From Balanoglossus misakiensis (lineage: Eukaryota; Animalia; Hemichordata): DNA of 64,000 nucleotides. A program made the translations under genes and the position numbers. Of this stretch, positions 56,500-64,000 are shown one piece after another (the stretch's first letter is position 1; each line of letters begins with the position of its first letter). Below the pieces are notes generated by a model. It was not told the DNA's origin, searched no databases, and worked only from the letters and a program-made list of their open reading frames with translations. Location of the stretch: contig CM082577.2 in NCBI GenBank assembly GCA_040954595.2, forward strand, positions 5,320,301-5,384,300. Direction: 5' to 3'.

Positions 56500-57832
56500 A
56501 TGTACACCCCTGCCAAATTGGGCGTTTTTATGACCTTCTTTCATCTAAGAACACGGTAAGTGATATTGAATTTCGAATACGGCGAGAGGCTGCATGCAGA
56601 CAATAGACGCGACATCGCACTCTGGACCTATAAAGAGTTGATTAACACGTGAACCTGTAACCTCCACAAATACATGTACCAATAGACATGACAGTCAGTA
56701 AAACCTTGATGAGTGTATATTTTTAATCATATTTGACCATGGCCAGCAGTGGCTTTGATTGAATAATAGTTCCACCATCTCGTACCATTTCCGCGATATG
56801 GACAGAGCACACCCTAGCTTAAATTGACCACGCAGTCGAAGTGGTAATGAATTGAAGTCCGACCCGATAACTACCATTCCACCAGATAAATCACATGGAG
56901 CGTTAAACACATAGTAACATAGTAACCCACTTGCGGTCAGGGAATGTTGTAATGTGTCCCTGTACAAATGAGAAAAGACAGAGGTCGACAGTGATGTTGT
57001 CGGTCGCAAATAATTAATGAAATATTTCTTCTGTGGAGCCAACGACCAGGCGCCGATCATTGGTCAAACTCAGATCGAAGCATTGGTAACAGTTATACTA
57101 CGCATGTCTGAATATATGTCATTGACAACGTTGATAATTTACCTTCTATAATCTGTGTTTTTTAAAAACTAAAATTTTGCTCGTTCACTAGGAAAGTCGA
57201 CAGATTCAATCTTGAAACCAAGCGTGATAACACATGAACGGGTGGTCAGGTACGTTTTGCTACTTGTTGCTTTTACCTGATTGATTTATTGATTGATTGA
57301 CATCTCTGACTGAAGATCAATTTGTAATACACAATGGACTTTACCAGAGATGTTTTAATTGATTTTTATTTGACATTTGATTGAATTTCAGTCTTGGGAT
57401 TTCTTCTGGCTTTGATGATCGGGATTCTGTTTATTGCTTTGATTTGTTGGAGGATATGTAAACAAGCTCGGCGATACTATTCCGACGAAGAAAGGATTTA
57501 CTCGAGCCGATCAAATGGAACGAGTAGAAGTGTTATCGTCAGATACAGTTCCTTGCTGCAGGTACTAGTTTTAGGCGCTGCTCGCACAGGTCGTTTGCTC
57601 GATTACCGTCTCAAAATACCAATCACAGTGCATTTTACGAATTCGCGATGTAAACAATAAATCCAAGATGGCAGCAAATTGGTTACTTCACAGTCCCTCA
57701 AGAAAAGGCTGTCGTTGTTGGTTTACGTTCGTTTTGTTTATCTTTCAGACTGATGATGAACTGTCCGGACAGTCTTCGAATCCATACAAATATACTTCAG
57801 CACCTACTAAAATCCAACCTTCAATCCATTGA
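56500..57832 (+). CDS. Candidate small single-pass membrane protein (5' end uncertain)
   Basis: Exons 57392-57561 (VLGFLLALMIGILFIALICWRICKQARR...YSSLLQ|GT) and 57749-57832 (TDDELSGQSSNPYKY...IH*) join in phase 0. Possible upstream exons 56500-56555 and 57039-57085 are phase-compatible, but the latter has a weak GAG acceptor. Confidence 0.4.
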
Positions 57833-58575
57833 CGTCGACTGCAACTTGTGCGTCGAAGCGTTTACCAGCCGGGGTGCTTTTATATTTTTCTATGGCTAAT
57901 ATCGCGCGCTTTTCTGAAATTGGTTAATTTTAGTTTCTTTTGGCCGGGCACTGTGCCATATTTTAGTGAAAAATCGGAGTACGACGGTGAAAGTTTTTCA
58001 CCCATCAATTTTATGCATTCCAGGGAGAAGACATTTACATTGTTCTCGTTAACAATATCAATTCCAGTCTGAATATGAAGCAGATATTCTTCTGGATTTT
58101 GGGCGTGCGTTTTATAAATTGCAATATTTGTTTTATACACTGGTACTTTTGTCTACGTTCAGATCCTTGTTGACTTTCAGGTCTGTTGCCAAGCAACGGA
58201 GAATTTCATTTCATTGTTCATATTTTCCAAGTCTCAGTTTTGATAAAAGGCTGTTCTACTACTAATATTATGTATACTATATACATGTACATGTATATAT
58301 ATTGGATCAACAACTTTATATATCACAGCTAATAATCGATTCACAGTCAATGTGAAATCATAACAGTACTTGTTTATGTAAATTATAATTACCACATCAA
58401 CAAAATAAACAAATAACCAACGTAAACATTAATATTATTGATATTTTCTAATACAAAGCATTACAGAATACACTTCTGTACACACGCATACCAAACAATG
58501 TACCTAACTGCAGAACAATAATCATAATTTCTATGACGCTGAGCTAAGTTGCCCTACCATTTAGATCTGTCAAGC

Positions 58576-61500
58576 TTACTTGATGCTTTCGTACCGCGAG
58601 GTCGTTTGGTCTAACTCCTTGTTTCGGTTGGCAATCATGCTCCGAACTACATCATAGTCGTGAGAAATACTGTCGATAAGAGACGTGTCGAGGTTGACAG
58701 TGATCGGCAGGATATTGTAATAGTCCTCGACTTTGAAGGATTTCATTTCCGCGCAGAGGTATCGCAAGAACAGCTGTGGGTCCGCGTCGAGGCCGGAGAG
58801 GACCTCCCAGCCGTCGCTGGCCGCCATCTTTTTTCGGACTCTCGGGTAGAGCTCCTTCAGTCGGGTGTCGGCGGTGATCGCCAGGGCAACCGACCACCCG
58901 AGCTCCTGTCGCTGGAGATTGTGTCTTATGAACCAGAGGAGGTAGTGGGCCCTGTAGGGCCACTGGTCGAGGAAGACGGTCCACAGCACGACTTCCCGGG
59001 GTTTGAAGAGCGGCCCGCCGGCCACCTTCACCAACTCGGCCGAGAGGCAGAGCAGAGCGCAGTGTCGCCGGATCCCGCTGACGCCGTCACTGACGTAGCG
59101 TAGAACCCTTTCGTCGTGGAGGGCGGCCAGTAACGCGTCTCTGTACTTGGTCTGCGCGAGATGGTCCGGCATGGGGCAGGAGCACGATTTCCTTCGAAGT
59201 CGCTGACGTCGACGACTGGTTCTGGAGTCCCCTGCAGCTGGGATAGTGTCGTTGAATTCCTCCACCGCCTTCTGCTTGCTCGGGATGTCACATTCCGGCA
59301 ACAGCACAACCAAGTCCACCAGCGGTTTTATCGATTCCGTTTTGACGAGTTTCGCGTGCGACGTCATATCCCTCGGGTTCTCTGTGCGAAAATTCCTCGC
59401 GAACTTCATCCTGTCGGTCGCTCTCATGCCAAGGATGAATATAAACGGATTACTGGAATCGCGCAAGAACGGTTGTAACATCCGGGTAACTTCGACTTCG
59501 TCGAGAGCTTCATCGAAGTTGTCCGCCAGAATCAGCACTCGAATTCTTCTGTTTGAATTCCACGAGATCCAGCTGAGGATAGCCGTTGCCATGGCAATTT
59601 CATCTTTGACTTTTGGTAGGCAATCAAACGTTGCATCTCTGTTCGCTCGTCTTATAAACGAGTCAATCAGTTGACGTTGTGTATACAAGAGGGAAACTGC
59701 AACCTTTACCGTTCCCTTGGCGATATCCGAAGTTTGAAACAGTAGGACAAGCAACGAGATCCCAGTTAACGACAGGAACAACCCTTTGGCATAGACCGGC
59801 CAATTCAGTTCGAAACTAAATACTGAAAGAATAGTACACGCCAGAAGCGTCGATAACAGAATGCTGTAAGCGAGCCCTCGCCAGCGGGGGTATTTGCCGC
59901 GCTTTTCCAAGCCTGGTTCGCGCAGACGATCACCAGTTGCAGGATCTCTGACGTCGGTGGCGTTGTGCATTATTCGGAACGCACGACTCAGGGCTGGGCC
60001 AGCGTAGTCTTGGATTCTGTCCGAGACGGCGCCAAGCACGCCGGACAAAATGTGCGCTGGTTCCCTATGTCCTCTAGCGTTGATGTTGACAACGATCAGG
60101 TCCTCTTGCGGGGCGTCTTGCCTCTGTCCTTCGAGAAAGGACGGCGGCTGGTTGAAGAGCAACACAGACAGAACGAGTACCAACTTCTCCCATCCACTCA
60201 AACTGAAACGTTGGTCGGATTGATGATACGCCTGCGCGTGTCGCATTAAATCTGTCAATATAGAATGCCAATAACGTCCATCACTGTGTCGGTTTTCTAT
60301 TGTCGTTTCATTTTTTTTTCAAAATGCAAGATCACAGAGTTTTCTGCGGTTCAACCATAAAAATGTTTCCCCAAATGGTCATTACACATACACAATGTAT
60401 TCGTGTCTGACATGTTGCATTGGAAAAGAGAGTACTGGGCATGCTCATAACGTAACGTTCATGGGCGTAAAATAAACCGCAAACAAACATTTAAAGTTGC
60501 GACTCACCTTCAACCATTTTCATGACCTTTGACCGACCACCACCATCTGTGCCAAGGATAGCAACAGACGTGGGAAGGCTGTCAAAAGTGGAGGAGTGCA
60601 GAAGGTATGCCAGGCTGATGGCGCGGTAGTTGAGACTGTCGTCGTCCTCGCTTCCAGGTCCCGTGACTCGTCCGCTTTTACTTTCAATCTGTAACTGCTG
60701 AATTATCCACAACAGTTACACCTTTTTGGCGCGCGCGGGGGGGGGGGGGTGCAATAGGGGGCATATTTATAACTCAACAATGCTCACACAGATTGTGAGC
60801 AATACATTCCCAATGGTATTTATTTCAACAGAAATCTGTTGTACGCCAGTGTTCTCTTTTCCCCACAGAACAGCAAATCATCTACCTGGCCAGCATGCGC
60901 CGACCCACACCACATCACATCACATCGCACCTCACCACACAGTCATGGATAAACTGAGGGACATCATACAACACACAACGATCACGCGACTGTATACGCG
61001 GGAGAGCAGATATATTACCTGACTTGGTGGGGCATCCTTGTTCTGAAGTCCTAATACGACGCTGAAATTTTGCTGCGATGACTTGCTGTGGATAAATATC
61101 TTCGGGAGAACAGTGTCGTACTCATTGTCCCAACTCTTCAAAGTTGCAGTTAGAATCAGTTCAGACGATCCCACGTGCATTTCTAACGGTCTGGAAGCAC
61201 CTGCGAAATGGTGAATTGTACTATCTGAGACACATCTAGTTTGTCATGGTGTTGACTGTTCGACCGATCCATCGGTTGGAGTTCTTTTATACATTGATTG
61301 TCGGTTTGTCTGTGTATGTTATATAAAAATTACTTCCTTACCCTGCAGGACATCGCTCAACGTTGAACCATCAGTTTGCATCGACGTCAACCGCCACTGA
61401 ACAGCGCCTTCATTGCAGGTGTTCAAAATAGCCAGCGACGATATGATATACGGCTTGAAATCGAACTTCCATGAAACGAAGGCATCCGACTGAAAGTTTT

Positions 61501-62419
61501 CCAGGCCGAGGTAAGACTGGAAGAATATGAAGGAAAGGCGGAGTTAAATTGGCAACTATAATTTGCAATGATTTATCAATATAAGCTTGAACCCTTTTTG
61601 TTGGCAAGAAGGATGATTAGAATATGTTGCATGCTAGGTTTCAGTGAACAAAAACACAACACCACCTGGTTGCTTCGGCTACGTACCAATGCTCATATCT
61701 GAACCATATCGAGATAGTTTTCCAGCTGATAAATCTGTCAAACATTGGAAAAGATGGCGTGGAGCGGTCTAGCAAGGTTGCTTCTGATACTTTTTCAACC
61801 AACTCTTCAAATGAGAAAAGACCACGAGACTACAAATTGACCTTACCTTGTCGCCATCTTGTTTTCGCGCAATGTTTTCGGTCGCAAACGAGCCTCGTTT
61901 CCAGCCCCGAATCAGCGTGGAGTGTTTACCGCTGTGACGCAAATATTCATCGCTGGCGGAGTAATACTGTAGCAGGAACTCCTTTCTTCTCCACTCGGCC
62001 GTATTTAAAGTAAACACAGCGTTGCCTTCACGGATCTACAGGAAAAGTAGAAAGTATAATTCTAATTTTTAATTGCAGGGTTTTGATTCTCCTTTATCAG
62101 TGATAACGAAATAGGATAAGCGGGCTAGTTTATGACACGGTATAATGCCACGAATTTAGCAATAATAGCAGTAAACCTACAATAATTGTGTAAAAAATAC
62201 AATCCATATTATCACCAATTTACACCAATTCTGGGCTCTCGATCGGAGTTGTCATCAGCAATGTTCCAATAATCTTATCGACAGTGCTTCGGACTTAGTT
62301 GGCTCAAATACCATTGAACTACAATAGCACATGTCAATCTCGTTTCGTAGTACATGTACATTTGTATACTAAAACTGCGAATACATGGTGTCAATTCCCC
62401 CTACCTGGATTTGCTGCAT
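58576..62419 (-). CDS. PAW domain + NKPD1-like KAP-family P-loop NTPase fusion (degenerate Walker motifs)
   Basis: Exons 62419-62405 (tentative MQQIQ), 62035-61847, 61516-61342, 61200-61019, 60688-60508, 60251-58576, all GT-AG and phase-compatible (0,0,1,0,1). PAW-like: FLLQYYSASDEYLR...IRGWKRG...ENIARKQDGDKSYLG...FVSWKFDF...GAVQWRL...GSSELILTATL. NKPD1-like: LPTSVAILGTDGGGRS, inserted TM helices, PREVVLWTVFLDQWPYR, LDADPQLFLRYL, TVNLDTSL. Confidence 0.82.
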
Positions 62420-62885
62420 GTTTCCACGCCGTAAGACTTTCAACGTCTGGATATTTTCCTCTCTCGGTTGAAACACTCTCCAACGTTCAAACTTCAAAAT
62501 CACAGAGACTAAGTAAAAAAGCGTTCGGTGTCTGAGTATCAACAAAGGCGTTGCCAGGCACTGGCCCCTGTGGGAGTCGCATCTATGATTTCACGTTCTG
62601 GCGTCACCTTACCTCTACGTTCTTTCCCCCAATAGAATATTATTACACACACAGAACTGAACTGTTTTTGTATGCTCCCACCTGTAAGAGTTCCCTTTCT
62701 ATACACACTCTTGCAATATCAGATGTCCTCAGTACACAAAGTATTCATTCTCTGAGTGCTGAGTCCAAAGGCGGGTCGCACCGCCCTCTGCGCTACTGGC
62801 CTGCTTTAATAGAGGGACTGCGTAAACAGATGGTAAACAGATGATATTTTGTAAATAATTACGTTGATTTTCTTCAGACGTAACT

Positions 62886-62957
62886 GGCTCGTTGGTCTAG
62901 GGGTATGATTCCTGCTTTGGGTGCAGGAGGTCCCGGGTTCAAATCCCGGACGAGCCC
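62886..62957 (+). tRNA. tRNA-Pro (TGG), identical to the copy at 45761-45832
   Basis: Same 72-nt sequence, followed by TTTAATTTT (Pol III terminator-like). Confidence 0.95.
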
Positions 62958-63454
62958 TTTAATTTTGTCCATTTTCCTTCGGTTTTATTTATTTTCATGT
63001 ACATGTACTGTTTTGTATTGTACTCTTTTGGGTCTACTTATTTTGGGTCAAGCCTTTACTGCATTAAAACACGGTCCCACTGCAGACTGTGAATAAAACA
63101 AAATTCATTTCATGGATAAGTAAATATAACATTTCTCGTTCACTTTTAAATTTCCAGCACTCAAAAGAACTGGTCACATTGAGTTGAAAAAGATCGTGTG
63201 TCGATATAATGATCGTAGCCAAGAAAAGTGACGCTTGGCCGCGAAATGCCAAATGGTGAAGGAACAAAAACCACCTGTGCACGCATGATATATGAAGCTC
63301 TCTGACCTGCGCACAGCGTCGGAGCATAGGGACACACATCGATGGTCACAACGTGTTAGCGCAGGTGTGTTTACGGTCAAAGAAATTGGTCTGCGTTAAG
63401 TTGTGCGTTATTATACTAGAGAATCCGAGAGTGAGACACTCAGTTCGACAGGCG

Positions 63455-63482
63455 GACAGACAGACAGACAGACAGACAGACA
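63455..63482. repeat. (GACA)n tetranucleotide microsatellite
   Basis: ggacagacagacagacagacagacagac; related (GACG/GACA) runs near 63575-63605. Confidence 0.8.
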
Positions 63483-64000
63483 CGGAATGACTCGGGCAGA
63501 TTAGTAAATAAATTAAAGAATTAGCACCGACTTTGGCGTTATATTGTGTGAAAGAAGGTATACATCAGAGCGAGACAGACGGACGGACGGACATACAGAC
63601 AAACAGACTGGCATGGGTCATATGAACGAAAGGCGACTGAGCCAGTCGTTTTCTCGTAAACCGTATACAGTACCCACTTCAACTCAGTCGCTGTGTGCGC
63701 AAATAAAAGAAAGGGCAGTTCATATCATGTCCTGTCACTTCCGACACATGAAAGCGTTTTTCATTATGCGGTCACGGCCAAGGCTGCGCGCGGACGCGGT
63801 CATAGAAGAAACTGGGTTATATTTAGAGACGTGAAAAGAAAAGACGCAATCACGTGACTTGTAAGAATCAGATCAAGTTTTTCCCCCCTCCGCCCTAGAC
63901 CAGACAAGCCTATTCCGTATTACCATATAAAAGGAACGACGACTGTTTACGGTTGCCACGCGCTGCGCTGCGCATTCAAAAGAGACGCGTCGCCATTGCG

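Noticed and set aside
58652-60271. Several overlapping 90-150 aa ORFs on both strands
   Set aside because: They are shadow ORFs of the GC-rich KAP exon.

Overview
Eukaryotic, intron-rich, AT-rich genomic DNA from a metazoan. It is most likely a non-vertebrate marine bilaterian such as an invertebrate deuterostome, inferred from vertebrate-like housekeeping proteins plus MOLO-1-family genes. The first 35 kb is a compact housekeeping block: GGCT (3' end), CLUAP1/IFT38, a 2-exon orphan gene, USP22, DHRS7B, ANKRD54 and ALKBH5, including two head-to-head pairs. The rest is more lineage-specific: two tandem MOLO-1/TPM-domain membrane protein genes, two identical tRNA-Pro(TGG) genes, several MITE-like elements and a candidate small single-pass membrane protein. 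The most notable feature is a minus-strand gene, assembled here by hand from phase-compatible exons, that fuses an NGLY1-type PAW (mannose-binding-module) domain to an NKPD1-like KAP-family P-loop NTPase, with both domains apparently degenerate. All gene models and homologies were derived by eye and from memory; no database search was run.
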